Shown here: positions 26,410-36,392 of the stretch, piece by piece | How the letters are laid out: the number at the start of each line of letters is the position of its first letter | Numbering within the stretch: the first letter of the stretch is position 1 | The notes under the pieces: model-generated | Told to the model about the DNA's origin: nothing | The model's database searches: none | What the model saw: the letters and a program-made list of their open reading frames with translations, nothing else | Source of the DNA: a virus | Reading direction: 5' to 3' (one strand) | Virus record (IMG/VR): IMGVR_UViG_3300013104_000022 | Span: 1 to 64,000 of that record | Length of the DNA stretch: 64,000 nucleotides | Made by a program: the position numbers and the translations under genes

Positions 26410-26473
26410 AGTAACACTATACCAGATTAGATCAAGAATAGTGTAACTTGGCTGTCTTTACGTTTTAGGTTGT

Positions 26474-26905
26474 TTAGTGGGCTGTCCCCGTGTATCCGTC
26501 ACCCGTGGTGGTAACAGGAATCTCACCCGTTAGCGCCTCGGCCTTGGCCTCAGTAACCGGCACAACGATGTTCACCTTAGGCTCGTTAGGAATGATGAAG
26601 ACACCGATAGCGGCGAGAGCGGCGATACCGATCTGTAGCCATTCCGTAGTGCTAATACCATCCGAAAGGAACGAGAGGGCGGAGATCAAAGCGGCAGAGA
26701 CGAAAGCAACGCCTGTCTTCAAGTACTTAGCGACGTTCTCCGGGAAGTTTGGAATCCCGTAAACACCGATAGCCGTGACGACGACGATACCTAGGTTGAT
26801 CTTCTCATTCAAGTCAAGAACATCATCCGAAAGCGCGGTAACGAGGAACGTAACAGCGGCCAGGACGATGTAAGTAATTGACTTACCGTAATGTCCAATG
26901 TTCAT
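26474..26905 (-). CDS. Holin-like membrane protein
   Basis: Four hydrophobic segments in two internal repeats ending G.(Y/F).(I)PN. Confidence 0.7.
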   Translation of the reverse strand: MNIGHYGKSITYIVLAAVTFLVTALSDDVLDLNEKINLGIVVVTAIGVYGIPNFPENVAKYLKTGVAFVSAALISALSFLSDGISTTEWLQIGIAALAAIGVFIIPNEPKVNIVVPVTEAKAEALTGEIPVTTTGDGYTGTAH

Positions 26906-26922
26906 GATTATCCTCCTACATC

Positions 26923-26932
26923 TACTATCGTC
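26923..26932 (-). promoter_or_regulatory. Late-promoter motif GACGATAGTA
   Basis: Exact 10-mer recurring upstream of structural genes. Confidence 0.7.
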
Positions 26933-27411
26933 TAGGCGACAGGAGTGGGTGGGGCGTCATAGATGATTTGCAGGGGACCGGAAGTATCGTCTCGGTAACC
27001 TCGAACAGTGACACCGAGCTTCTTCAATTCATGAACTAGCGTAGTGATGTGCTGTTCCTTACGCGCCAGACGGTTGCGCAAATCTACGACCTCAGAGCGG
27101 AGATCATTAAGTCGCCCATAGTCTACGTCAGCGTCGAGTTCTAGCTTGTCTGCGCGGTCTAGAGCGCCCTTGAGGCGAGAAAGGTCAGATGCCTTCTCCT
27201 CCTGCATGATCTTGATTGTCGCGTTGAGAGATTCCACGACGAGGCTGATCGACTCTCTACCATCGGACTTGGTTGGAATGGCGCGATCGAAAATCAGTCT
27301 GATAACAAAGTACGCAATGGTGATGACAAGAGCTACAGCACCTCCACCGAGAAACTGGTTGAGGTCAAAAGCGGGAAGAAGGGGAGTGGGATCGGCGGCA
27401 TAGACATTCAC
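26932..27411 (-). CDS. Membrane-anchored coiled-coil protein (lysis-region type)
   Basis: One N-terminal TM plus coiled coil. Confidence 0.7.
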   Translation of the reverse strand: MNVYAADPTPLLPAFDLNQFLGGGAVALVITIAYFVIRLIFDRAIPTKSDGRESISLVVESLNATIKIMQEEKASDLSRLKGALDRADKLELDADVDYGRLNDLRSEVVDLRNRLARKEQHITTLVHELKKLGVTVRGYRDDTSGPLQIIYDAPPTPVA

Positions 27412-27866
27412 GACCGCACCTCCTGGTCCTCATCTGGCCTCCTAGAAGTGAGGGCATCTGTGTAAAGTCTGAAGATTCTAGGAAGGAGAAGAAGAACAGG
27501 TACGAGGGCATAAACAACAAGAGCGATAAGACCGGCTGGGTGTTCTTGCTCTGCCGCCGCGATTGTAAACACCCTGTATGTATTCACAATGAAATACAAC
27601 AGCGGTCCTACGATCATGAAGAGGATGCCAGGGAACTCTAGCTTGATATCAATCTTCGTCATGCATCCGATAGCGGCAAGAATAGCTCCCAAGAAGGAAA
27701 TACCTAGCCACAACCACTGGACCCAGGGCTGTACCTCTACGTTTACGATTTCTGAGGGGTGCAACGCATAAAGAACTGTCCACAATGCCAGTCCTAGGTA
27801 ACCCAAAGAACGCAGAAAGTCTTCAACACGAAGCTGTCGTTCCAGGGGGATTTTTGCCGTAAACAC
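27408..27866 (-). CDS. Multi-pass membrane protein
   Basis: Four TM segments; RBS GAGGAGG. Confidence 0.75.
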   Translation of the reverse strand: MFTAKIPLERQLRVEDFLRSLGYLGLALWTVLYALHPSEIVNVEVQPWVQWLWLGISFLGAILAAIGCMTKIDIKLEFPGILFMIVGPLLYFIVNTYRVFTIAAAEQEHPAGLIALVVYALVPVLLLLPRIFRLYTDALTSRRPDEDQEVRS

Positions 27867-27884
27867 ATTCCCCTCCTCTACAGA

Positions 27885-27894
27885 TACTATCGTC
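27885..27894 (-). promoter_or_regulatory. Late-promoter motif GACGATAGTA
   Basis: Exact 10-mer, intergenic. Confidence 0.7.
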
Positions 27895-27910
27895 TGAGAA
27901 GGGGCTTGTG

Positions 27911-29629
27911 TTAGATCAGTCCGTTGATTGCATTTCCGTTCAGGGAACCCTTGGAAAGCTTAGAGATAAGGCGACCGAGCTTGAGCAATCTGTCCTCGGA
28001 TGCGGTATTCATCTCAATAGAGAACTTAGGAAGAGGGTCAGTTCTGTCGGCACGAACCGCAAGCGTGACAACACGATCCTTTTCCATTGAGCCGTTAGGG
28101 TCAGTGACACTGATCCAGTCTCCGGGAACAAAGTCTAGGAAAGGCACAGCGAACTCAGAGGGAATGATCTCGATGGTCAGACTTCTAGTGGTGTCTGTGA
28201 GCACGTCTAGGACGGCCTTAGCGACCTGTCGTGAGGTCTCTGCGGCGAGTTCTGTCTGTAGGTACCCCTCGATACGTCCGTACTTTGCAAGGCTCTCAGC
28301 GTGCGTCTGCTCGGCCCAAAGTCCGTTAGCGTTGATAAGCACAGAGTTCTTGATCGACAAGTTGGATTCACGCACCGCTTGAGAGATGTTACGGGCGGCA
28401 CGAACCTGCACTGCGTCGTTACCTTGTTGAAGATTTCGGCCCTTGTTTACATAAACGTGGAGCTTATAGTTCTCTGGATCAATCCAAGACTCGCACTGCA
28501 CCTCTTCGAGGGATTCAAGGATGTCGTAATAACTCGTTCCCAGATTCCACTCCCAAGGGATAGGCTCTAGCCAGGGGACGCCATTCGAATCCAGGTCGTC
28601 TGTGAACGTCGGGGTGATGTAGGTGGGGAACTTCACACCCCGAGCCGCCGCCTCTGCCAAGAGGACACGAAGAATCATTCCTACCGTCCAGCCGGGGTAG
28701 CGTGTCTTGTTGTAGTAGGACAGCCCTGCCTGTCCTGTCATCCAGATACGCGAATACTTTCCGTTATCTCCTGATGTCGTGCTACGGTACAGCGCCATGA
28801 GGAGACCGGCAATGTTGCCTTCGTTTCGGGCCTCTACTGCGATGACGTGCGCTCCGGGACTAAGCACAAATTCGAACTCACTGAAGTCACCGGCTCCTGA
28901 AGCGCTACCGATGTTCTGTCCATCCACGTAAAGATCGAGGGAGTCGTCAACGGCTACAGCGAGCTTGTACCTCTTCTTGCCGGTAGCCGAAGAAATGGTG
29001 AAGGGGTACCGGAAGTACACGGTTCCTACAGGTGCTCCACCTGTTGTAGAACTGTTGTGACGATTCCACACCCAGGCCGCGCCTCGCTCGTTCTTAGGCC
29101 AGTTGTCCGGTGCCCCCTTGTACCAGTAGGGAGGATTTGTGGAGTTCGCAACTGTCACAACGTTTACGGCGGGGGACCAGTCGGCGGCGTCGTACCAAGG
29201 GCCGCTGATGTTCACAAAAGAGAAAGCCCTACCGATGTAACTGTCAGACTTGAAGCCTCCCTCAGCGTATAGCTCGGCGTCCCTGAACCAGGACTTGAGG
29301 CTTTCCCCTGAGTACGTCATTGCAGAGGCCTTGCCCTCTGTGCTGTCTACGTAGACTTCTTCCTGCTTTTGAACAATAAAGGCAGAGATAATCTTGTTTC
29401 CGTAGCGACACTTGACGATGTTTCGTCGGTCGAGAAGCTTAGGAGTTTCAAGAAACTTGTAATCGTCAGAGCGAAGAGTGACTGAGCCTCCTCCTGGTTG
29501 CTTTAGCTCATCCAGGAAGGAAGCCTCCTCGAAGCGAGGAATGTAGTTGAGGCGCACATCCGGGTCATTAAACCCGTGCACCTCAAGGGTGAGAGACCCC
29601 GCGTCAGGGGAATTGAAGAAAGCTACCAT
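27911..29629 (-). CDS. Minor tail protein
   Basis: Follows Dit; beta-rich with lectin-like insert (VDD....YVDG, H.IAVEA.N). Confidence 0.75.
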   Translation of the reverse strand: MVAFFNSPDAGSLTLEVHGFNDPDVRLNYIPRFEEASFLDELKQPGGGSVTLRSDDYKFLETPKLLDRRNIVKCRYGNKIISAFIVQKQEEVYVDSTEGKASAMTYSGESLKSWFRDAELYAEGGFKSDSYIGRAFSFVNISGPWYDAADWSPAVNVVTVANSTNPPYWYKGAPDNWPKNERGAAWVWNRHNSSTTGGAPVGTVYFRYPFTISSATGKKRYKLAVAVDDSLDLYVDGQNIGSASGAGDFSEFEFVLSPGAHVIAVEARNEGNIAGLLMALYRSTTSGDNGKYSRIWMTGQAGLSYYNKTRYPGWTVGMILRVLLAEAAARGVKFPTYITPTFTDDLDSNGVPWLEPIPWEWNLGTSYYDILESLEEVQCESWIDPENYKLHVYVNKGRNLQQGNDAVQVRAARNISQAVRESNLSIKNSVLINANGLWAEQTHAESLAKYGRIEGYLQTELAAETSRQVAKAVLDVLTDTTRSLTIEIIPSEFAVPFLDFVPGDWISVTDPNGSMEKDRVVTLAVRADRTDPLPKFSIEMNTASEDRLLKLGRLISKLSKGSLNGNAINGLI

Positions 29630-29631
29630 GA

Positions 29632-30633
29632 TTACAACCAAGCGGGTCTGTAGGTGATGGATGCCGTACCCGCGCCTCCTCCGACGCTGAAAGTCATGAG
29701 CATACCTGCGGGGTCTAGTTCCATCCAGAATCGGTTACCGGACGTGTGGACGGCTCCGGAGATGTATGTAGAGCCATTCTCGGGAGGATAGTATGCGGTA
29801 AATCTATCAATGTCAATGTGAACCGTGGGACGGGTCATCGTGTCGTCCTCGTTTTCTGCAAGAGGACCGAAGAATCCGTGAACCCCCAGGAAGGGGTTAG
29901 GGTCATACGCGAGAACTGCACCGGTAGGGTTGGGATCGTTCCACGAGAGAAGAGGCTCAAGCATTCCAGAGTCACTGTGGAACTCCACCATGATCTTGCT
30001 CGTGGCGTCGTCTCCGAGGATATGCAGGTTCTTTGCAAACCTTCCGGTTGTGGTGGTCTTTTCTCCAACAACCGTCTTCGCGACATCGAACTTGTGTGTT
30101 ACAGGATCACCGTAGAAGTACGGGTCAGATAGAAGAAGATCGACCATGAAGGTAGCTCGTGCGTTACCCGTCATGGAAGGCTCTAGGCCTCCCGAGAAGG
30201 TGGCCTTAGCGGACACCGTAAGCTGACGATAGCCCTGGTACTCCGGGTACATCACGAAGGGGGCGTTGGCGGCTACCAACTCCGTCTCGGGAATCCATAC
30301 CTTCTTTGTAAGAACAAGCTCTCTCTTAGGGCGCCAGAGAAGCTTGGTAAGCTCTCGCCAGTTCTGCTTAAACTTGAACTTCAGGTCTCGATCCTCTGGA
30401 ACAGACCCGTCCTTGTTTGCTCCGATTACCCACATTGCGAGAGTGATTGTTCTCGAATCCGGGATACGGGGTTGCCAAGTAGACCCTGGTCGGAAGGGAA
30501 CGTTGACGTTCGTACCACGAAGGGGAGGTGGTGCCATTCGGCTACCACCGATAGTCGTGATGTTGTAGGCGTACGTCTGAAGGGGAACGCCGTCTACCAT
30601 CCACCCGTCTTCGAAGAAGTCATCTACTGGCAT
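29632..30633 (-). CDS. Distal tail protein
   Basis: Directly after tape measure; SRTITL, DPYFY, YRPAWL ending. Confidence 0.75.
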   Translation of the reverse strand: MPVDDFFEDGWMVDGVPLQTYAYNITTIGGSRMAPPPLRGTNVNVPFRPGSTWQPRIPDSRTITLAMWVIGANKDGSVPEDRDLKFKFKQNWRELTKLLWRPKRELVLTKKVWIPETELVAANAPFVMYPEYQGYRQLTVSAKATFSGGLEPSMTGNARATFMVDLLLSDPYFYGDPVTHKFDVAKTVVGEKTTTTGRFAKNLHILGDDATSKIMVEFHSDSGMLEPLLSWNDPNPTGAVLAYDPNPFLGVHGFFGPLAENEDDTMTRPTVHIDIDRFTAYYPPENGSTYISGAVHTSGNRFWMELDPAGMLMTFSVGGGAGTASITYRPAWL

Positions 30634-30634
30634 G

Positions 30635-33600
30635 TCAGGCTCCTAGGTAAGCGGCCTTGCGGATCGCACGAGGCAACGAATCGGAAGCCGGTTCCGGCAC
30701 GGCGTTAACTACGCTCAAGTTCTCGATGATGACACCCGCTCGGGAAGAGTTGTTATTGATAGTCTGAGTTGGCTGGCTGAAGCCTGTTGTACCGACTCTA
30801 CCATAATCCATTTCTCCACCGTTCGCAAACGCGAATCCGTTTCCGGATCGACGGAGAGTGTCTAGGCTACCTGCAAGTCCATTGAGAGAATTGGAGAAGG
30901 TGGCGAAACCACCAAGGCGCTGTACGGCCTGAGCGGCGATCTGGCGGTTGCGCTTTTCCTTGCCTGGCTTTCCGCTGATGTAGGCTTCCCACTTGGTCTC
31001 AGGCTCAGCGAACTTGATAATTCCACCGGCACGGCCCTTGTAGATTCCGCTCTCGGTTCCGCCGTTTGCGTAGTGTCGAACCATTCCACCGTTTGCGAAT
31101 GCCTGGACACCCTTCTTGAAGAATCCACCGTTGGCCTCTGGGGTAATTGATCTGTTACCCATCTTGAGGGCGGTACCGCCGCCAACTGCGACCAACTGAA
31201 TCATAGCCGTACGGGTTCGCGTAGCCTCTGCGATAGCGCTACGGAACTGATCGGTGACGTTACCGGTAATACGAACGTTCTTAGAACCGGGAACCTGCGT
31301 AACCTGGAATCCAGCTTCCTTGATCTTATCGATAGCGGCCTGAGTAAGAGGTCCGGTAACGATGTCCACGGGAGTGTCGTTAGGAGTGTTCTCGATGAGA
31401 CCGTTGATAGCAAGAAGTTGTTCTTGGGTTGTCGTGGCTCCGTCAAGGGTCATCACTGTCGATACCGTCTCTGGCATGAGACCGTACTGCGTAAGAAGGC
31501 TACCGATCTGAGTCTCATTGAGGCCCATCTGGCTTAGCTGATCCCTCAAGCCGGTTACCCAGCCGTCACCGGCTGTCTTGGCGGCTTCCTGAGCGCCCGC
31601 GAGGTCACCGTTAGCTACAGCGTTCTGGTACGCGGCGTCCATGGCCTGATACATGCCGTCACGAACGTCCGTAAGGGCTGTGTGAAGCTCTAGTCCGCCC
31701 TCGGCGGCGAGATCGAAGTTACCGGCAGAGTCAACCAGGGCGGGGTTCAATCCCTCAAGAGATTGAGCAAGGTCTTGCATTTCAGAAACGAACAGAGCTT
31801 CTGCTTCACGAGCGCTGAGTGTCTTACCGAGAAGGATGTCAACGGCGTCCTTCAGGGCGTTGATACGATCTTCAGCCGACGAAGCGGCGTCTGCCATGGT
31901 GGCGAGAGCGTTGTTGAAGTCCTCGTTAGAGCGCTCGGCATCCGACAAGCTGGCACGGTACTCCTGTTGCATCTGCACAAGCGCCCTGTACTGCTCCTTG
32001 GCCTCCGAGAGCTTCTTGGCTTCCTTGTCGTACACGTCAAGAAGCTTCTGAGCGGCCTGTGCGTTCTGGTTGTAGACACGAACGCTGTCAAGCTCCTTCT
32101 CCGTAGCACCCTTGGTGTCGTAGGCGTCAGGAATTGTAGAGTTCGACCTAATGTAGTCCTTGAGCTTGCTACGGATAGCGTCTGCCGCTGAACCTCCACG
32201 GCGAAGTGCCTGAGACATAGAGTCTGCGGAAACACCGATGTCCTCTAGATACTCGCTGAAGTCGTTACCGAGGTTGCTCGGCGCGGAGAACCAGTCGAAT
32301 TCCGGCTCCTCTAGGGAGTTAATAGCCTCCTTGAGGTTACTCCTCATGAGGTCTGCCGTCTCCTTGGTGGCTTCACCGAGACCGTTGAGAGATTCTGCGA
32401 GGCTGTCAACCGACGCTTCATAAGCGTCTGCCTTAGCCTTGGCATTTGCCTCAGCTTGAGCAATGCTGGCGAAGAGTCCGAAGAGAATACCAAGGGCGGT
32501 AATGGCGAGACCTACTGGACCTCCAAGGAAGCCCATGAACTTGCTTCCAAGGGTCGCTAGACCGCCTCCTGCGGCCTTAGCGCCGTTGGTGATAGTCGTG
32601 AACATCCCACCGGTTCCGGCGACGTTAGAAGCGCGCTGAAGAACCGTAAACTGTGTCGCTACTCCTGCGAGCGCTGTCTGAAGTGCGCGTACCATTCCGG
32701 CGCGGGCAAGGAGAAGACCGAGGCCCTTAGCGAGGTCGTAGATACCGAAGAACTTGAGAGCGGAAATGACGGCTAGCGTTGTGGCAAGAGTCTTGACAAC
32801 ACCAATTGGAAGGCTCTTGATAACATTAGCGAAGAACTCGAAGATACCAACAGTGATCTCCCAGAAGGTCTGGAAGGCCTCAGCGCCACCGTGCGCAAGG
32901 AAGTCATCGATAGATCGGATGATGGAACTGAGAGCCTTGATAAGAGACTCACCAATGCCTGACTGAGAAAGTGTGGCGAAGATGTCCGAAACGGCGGGAC
33001 CGAGTTCGTTACGGATGAGCTTAACGATATTAAGCATTCCATTGATGTTACCGCTGTCCATCGCCTGGTTCTTGAACCAGCGGAAGAAGTCACCAAAGAG
33101 ACCTCTCGTCTCTACGAGAAGAGGCCTGATTTCATCTAGGTACTTCTTGTACGGAGAACCTTCCTTCTTTGCCTCTCGACTCGCCTTACGCCAAGATTCA
33201 GAAAGACTTTCGAAACCGTCAGTCGTCCACTGATTGAACTCGCGGGCCGCACTCGCATAGTTGACAATAGTGGCGGTGATGTTCTTAGCGATCCTCCACC
33301 ACTGAGCGAGGGAGTCCCCGGCGCGGTCAAGGTAGGCGGCTAGAGAACCGCTCTTGCGGCCCTCAGCGACGAGAAGAGAGAGGTTGGCGGCACCCTCACG
33401 GAAGCCACTGGATAGGCGCTCTAGGAACGGCCCAGCGGCTACAGCGACATCCTTGAGAATGGTAGATACAAAGATCAGACCGTCACCGAGGAGCTTGATC
33501 GTACGCGCGCTACTCTTACCGATGGTGATGAAGTCGCTAGTCCATGGTCCCGAAGACATGACGCCCGCCGCGTTGGACGCTACACGACCTAGAGACGTGG

Positions 33601-34564
33601 CGATAGCAGAGAGAGCGGTCTTCAATGCAGGAGCGGCGCGAGAGATACGTTCCATGTCGCCCGCTAGCTGGGAGAAGAAAGCCTCCTGCACGGCCTCTCG
33701 AACCTCGCGCCAGGCAGGACCGATCTTGACCGTTTCCTCAACAAAGTCACGGGCGGCGGGGGTGAGCTTTTCTAGTGCCTTGGCGAATGCCTCAGGATCA
33801 TCACCGAAGCCCGCCTTGAGTGCCTTTCCTACGCCCCTGAAGGCCAACATGAGCGTCGAAGCCACACCCACAAGGGTAGCCAGGGCGGGGATCAGAGCAA
33901 CGGCGCTACCAGCCGCGAGGCCTAGGGAGGACGCGAGGCCGAATCCTGCCGCGCCAATAGCTCCCAGCGCCGCTACAACAGGGTTGAGCAAAGCAAGGAG
34001 CGACCCGATGATCGGGATGAGCGCGATGAACGGAGGGATAAGACGAGGACGGAAATTACGAAGCTTGTTAAGCCAGCCGTCGAACTTGCCTAGTCGCGCA
34101 TTTGCCCTATCGATATCGACAGTGAAGCGACGGAAGTATCCCGAAAGGCGTCCGTAGGCCTTACCGGTCCTGTCAACACTTACGATTCGAGACTTGTGCT
34201 CACGAGCGGTCTTGCGAATAGCTTCAGCAAGCTTCTTCTCGACGTTGGTCTGATCGTTCTCGGCCTTCTGAACTTTCTTGGTCGCAACGGCGGCATCCCC
34301 GAGAGCATCCGCCTTGGCCCTTACAGCCTTAGCGTTGTCTCGGGTAGCCTTAGCCGCCGCGATTGTGGCCTTGCGCTTAGCCTTGAAAGATTCAGCTTGA
34401 TCCTTCGTCGCCTTGTCCGCTTTCTTGGCGGCGGCGTTGTAGGCTTGCTCTTCCTTCTTTAGCTCAGCGACAGCGGCCTTAGCACCCCTAGCCTTCTTGA
34501 TAAGGTCGGCAAAGTCAGCTACGGCACGATAACGTACCTTCGCCTCATCCCTTACACCGACCAC
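30635..34564 (-). CDS. Tape measure protein
   Basis: 1309 aa, Ala-rich helical with hydrophobic segments, FANGG repeats and AEPET.WEAY. Confidence 0.92.
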   Translation of the reverse strand: MVGVRDEAKVRYRAVADFADLIKKARGAKAAVAELKKEEQAYNAAAKKADKATKDQAESFKAKRKATIAAAKATRDNAKAVRAKADALGDAAVATKKVQKAENDQTNVEKKLAEAIRKTAREHKSRIVSVDRTGKAYGRLSGYFRRFTVDIDRANARLGKFDGWLNKLRNFRPRLIPPFIALIPIIGSLLALLNPVVAALGAIGAAGFGLASSLGLAAGSAVALIPALATLVGVASTLMLAFRGVGKALKAGFGDDPEAFAKALEKLTPAARDFVEETVKIGPAWREVREAVQEAFFSQLAGDMERISRAAPALKTALSAIATSLGRVASNAAGVMSSGPWTSDFITIGKSSARTIKLLGDGLIFVSTILKDVAVAAGPFLERLSSGFREGAANLSLLVAEGRKSGSLAAYLDRAGDSLAQWWRIAKNITATIVNYASAAREFNQWTTDGFESLSESWRKASREAKKEGSPYKKYLDEIRPLLVETRGLFGDFFRWFKNQAMDSGNINGMLNIVKLIRNELGPAVSDIFATLSQSGIGESLIKALSSIIRSIDDFLAHGGAEAFQTFWEITVGIFEFFANVIKSLPIGVVKTLATTLAVISALKFFGIYDLAKGLGLLLARAGMVRALQTALAGVATQFTVLQRASNVAGTGGMFTTITNGAKAAGGGLATLGSKFMGFLGGPVGLAITALGILFGLFASIAQAEANAKAKADAYEASVDSLAESLNGLGEATKETADLMRSNLKEAINSLEEPEFDWFSAPSNLGNDFSEYLEDIGVSADSMSQALRRGGSAADAIRSKLKDYIRSNSTIPDAYDTKGATEKELDSVRVYNQNAQAAQKLLDVYDKEAKKLSEAKEQYRALVQMQQEYRASLSDAERSNEDFNNALATMADAASSAEDRINALKDAVDILLGKTLSAREAEALFVSEMQDLAQSLEGLNPALVDSAGNFDLAAEGGLELHTALTDVRDGMYQAMDAAYQNAVANGDLAGAQEAAKTAGDGWVTGLRDQLSQMGLNETQIGSLLTQYGLMPETVSTVMTLDGATTTQEQLLAINGLIENTPNDTPVDIVTGPLTQAAIDKIKEAGFQVTQVPGSKNVRITGNVTDQFRSAIAEATRTRTAMIQLVAVGGGTALKMGNRSITPEANGGFFKKGVQAFANGGMVRHYANGGTESGIYKGRAGGIIKFAEPETKWEAYISGKPGKEKRNRQIAAQAVQRLGGFATFSNSLNGLAGSLDTLRRSGNGFAFANGGEMDYGRVGTTGFSQPTQTINNNSSRAGVIIENLSVVNAVPEPASDSLPRAIRKAAYLGA

Positions 34565-34567
34565 TGG

Positions 34568-35065
34568 CTACTCCCTCTGAGCACTATTTCCGAAAGCTAG
34601 CAAGAATCTCTCATAGGAACCGTTTTCGATTTCCTTCACCGGAGGTGGCGCATCCTTCACCTTGTTCAAGATATCGGATTCAATCTCGTCTAGTGAGAGT
34701 GTCTTAGCCGCCTCAAGAGGCGCATTCTCAGATTCTTTGTCAATCCAGTAACCCATTGCGATGTAGGACACAATGTTTCTCGTCATCCAGGATTTGTCTA
34801 GACGTTCTTGGCGCTGTCTGGCAAAGTTCCTCACTTGGATGTTTGCAACAATCTGACGAAGGCGGGCAACGGGGAGGTTACCAATCTTCTTGTCGCTCCA
34901 CCCGTACTCAGAAGCTACGAGATCATACGCTGTGCTGAATCCACCCACCAAACCGCTAGGGTCAATTTCAGTGAGCTTTTCAGCTATTCTTCTATTTAGT
35001 TCTTCTGCGACTTCTTCGTTGCTACTACCTTCGTCGTCGGAAAGAGTAGCATGAGTCGTTTTCCC
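34568..35065 (-). CDS. Tail assembly chaperone, -1 frameshift extension
   Basis: -1 frame open from slippery G GGA AAA (35059-35065) to the stop at 34568. Confidence 0.85.
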   Translation of the reverse strand, partial: GKTTHATLSDDEGSSNEEVAEELNRRIAEKLTEIDPSGLVGGFSTAYDLVASEYGWSDKKIGNLPVARLRQIVANIQVRNFARQRQERLDKSWMTRNIVSYIAMGYWIDKESENAPLEAAKTLSLDEIESDILNKVKDAPPPVKEIENGSYERFLLAFGNSAQRE

Positions 35066-35502
35066 AGTTCTGCCACATGTGGTGCCTCGTTCTTCACGAC
35101 AATTTCCACAATGGAGATGAGGTCTTCAAGTTCTGGGTTGAAGAGTTCCTTTTGAAGACTTCGATACAAGTCCTCATTGAGCTTCTTCTGTGCCTTGCTC
35201 GTGGGGTTCTCAATCACGTCGGCGGGGGAGACCATGGATTGAATGAACTCAATCGTTTCGTCTTCCGCCTCGGGGATAGCGAAGATGAGAGAGGCAAGAA
35301 TGTTCGCCGCGAAGCCGTCTTCGTCTTCGGAGTCGAAAGAGAAACCCGCCAGCACGTCTGCGGCACCGTTGGTTAGAACCTTCAATGCACGCAAAAGCTG
35401 ACGGGTTCTCAGACGCTCAACGCGAATCTTCGTACCTGTAGACAGGGTGATAACAGTTGGCTCGGACGCAAGAACGTCGTTAGCCGTTTCCTTGGTGGTC
35501 AT
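34996..35502 (-). CDS. Tail assembly chaperone
   Basis: Between major tail and tape measure; contains slippery site. Confidence 0.85.
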   Translation of the reverse strand: MTTKETANDVLASEPTVITLSTGTKIRVERLRTRQLLRALKVLTNGAADVLAGFSFDSEDEDGFAANILASLIFAIPEAEDETIEFIQSMVSPADVIENPTSKAQKKLNEDLYRSLQKELFNPELEDLISIVEIVVKNEAPHVAELGKRLMLLFPTTKVVATKKSQKN

Positions 35503-35529
35503 GCCACTCTCCTTAGGAATTTAGAGCTA

Positions 35530-36111
35530 TTAGATTGCAGGAGCGCTTAGGAGTCGTCCTACGGCCTTTGTTGGAAGACCTGTCTTAGAGTCTAGCACGG
35601 GCTGTCCCTTTTCGTCAGTATCGGAGAAAAGAGCCGTGCCGTTGTAGTTGAGGAGTAGACCTTCCTTGTAGGTAGGTCCGTCGAAGCTGAATGGCTGGAA
35701 CTGTACCTTGTAAAGGATGAAGTCAAGGCGACGTGGGTTACCCTGGCTGTCCTTGGAAGGAACGCGAACAAGCATCGGACGAGGCTGAGGGCTAAGGCTG
35801 TTCTGCTCCCAGAGAGGAAGGGAGAACGTCTGAGCGGCACCAGCACCCGAAGATGTGATGTTCATACCATAGATGTATGCGAGTGTGGAAAACGGAATGT
35901 AACCGGCCTGAACGGTGACGTTTACTCGGTTGGCAAAGAACCAAGTCGAGAGAATAACGTCGTCACCAGTGTTGTCGTAGCTGTCCTGGTCAAGCTCTAG
36001 CGAACCGGAGCGCACACCGTAAATGTCACCAGCCGCCGCATCAAGGCCCGTAGCGGGGTCAAGGATAGCGGCGTGGTTGATCGAGAATCCCTCGACTGTG
36101 TTGGTAACCAC
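35530..36111 (-). CDS. Major tail protein
   Basis: Synteny; beta-rich, GDD motif; late motif upstream. Confidence 0.8.
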   Translation of the reverse strand: MVTNTVEGFSINHAAILDPATGLDAAAGDIYGVRSGSLELDQDSYDNTGDDVILSTWFFANRVNVTVQAGYIPFSTLAYIYGMNITSSGAGAAQTFSLPLWEQNSLSPQPRPMLVRVPSKDSQGNPRRLDFILYKVQFQPFSFDGPTYKEGLLLNYNGTALFSDTDEKGQPVLDSKTGLPTKAVGRLLSAPAI

Positions 36112-36151
36112 GATAGTCCTCCTAAAGAATGTGGTGAAGTACCTCTACACC

Positions 36152-36161
36152 TACTATCGTC
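36152..36161 (-). promoter_or_regulatory. Late-promoter motif GACGATAGTA
   Basis: Exact 10-mer, intergenic. Confidence 0.7.
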
Positions 36162-36170
36162 CCACTTGTT

Positions 36171-36392
36171 CTAATGCGTTACCGACTCCACGAGCTGTCC
36201 ATCGAGACTATAACGGTGGAGAACAATGTCCACAATGATGCCCTCTAGCCTCAGTGCTTTACGACAATCACTACAGGCAAATTCAAGAAGATTGTCATTA
36301 GTGATGTGAGGCTTGTCTCCGGAAAGGAGGAGTTTAGAGAGAAGCCTCTTTGGCCCTACAGGGCATCTAATTTCTACAATTTCACTTGTCAC
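36171..36392 (-). CDS. Small Cys/His hypothetical protein
   Basis: RCP...CSDC...H; overlaps glycosyltransferase stop. Confidence 0.7.
   Translation of the reverse strand: MTSEIVEIRCPVGPKRLLSKLLLSGDKPHITNDNLLEFACSDCRKALRLEGIIVDIVLHRYSLDGQLVESVTH

Noticed and set aside
26474-27866. Complete lysis cassette
   Set aside because: Only membrane proteins; no endolysin recognised in the window.
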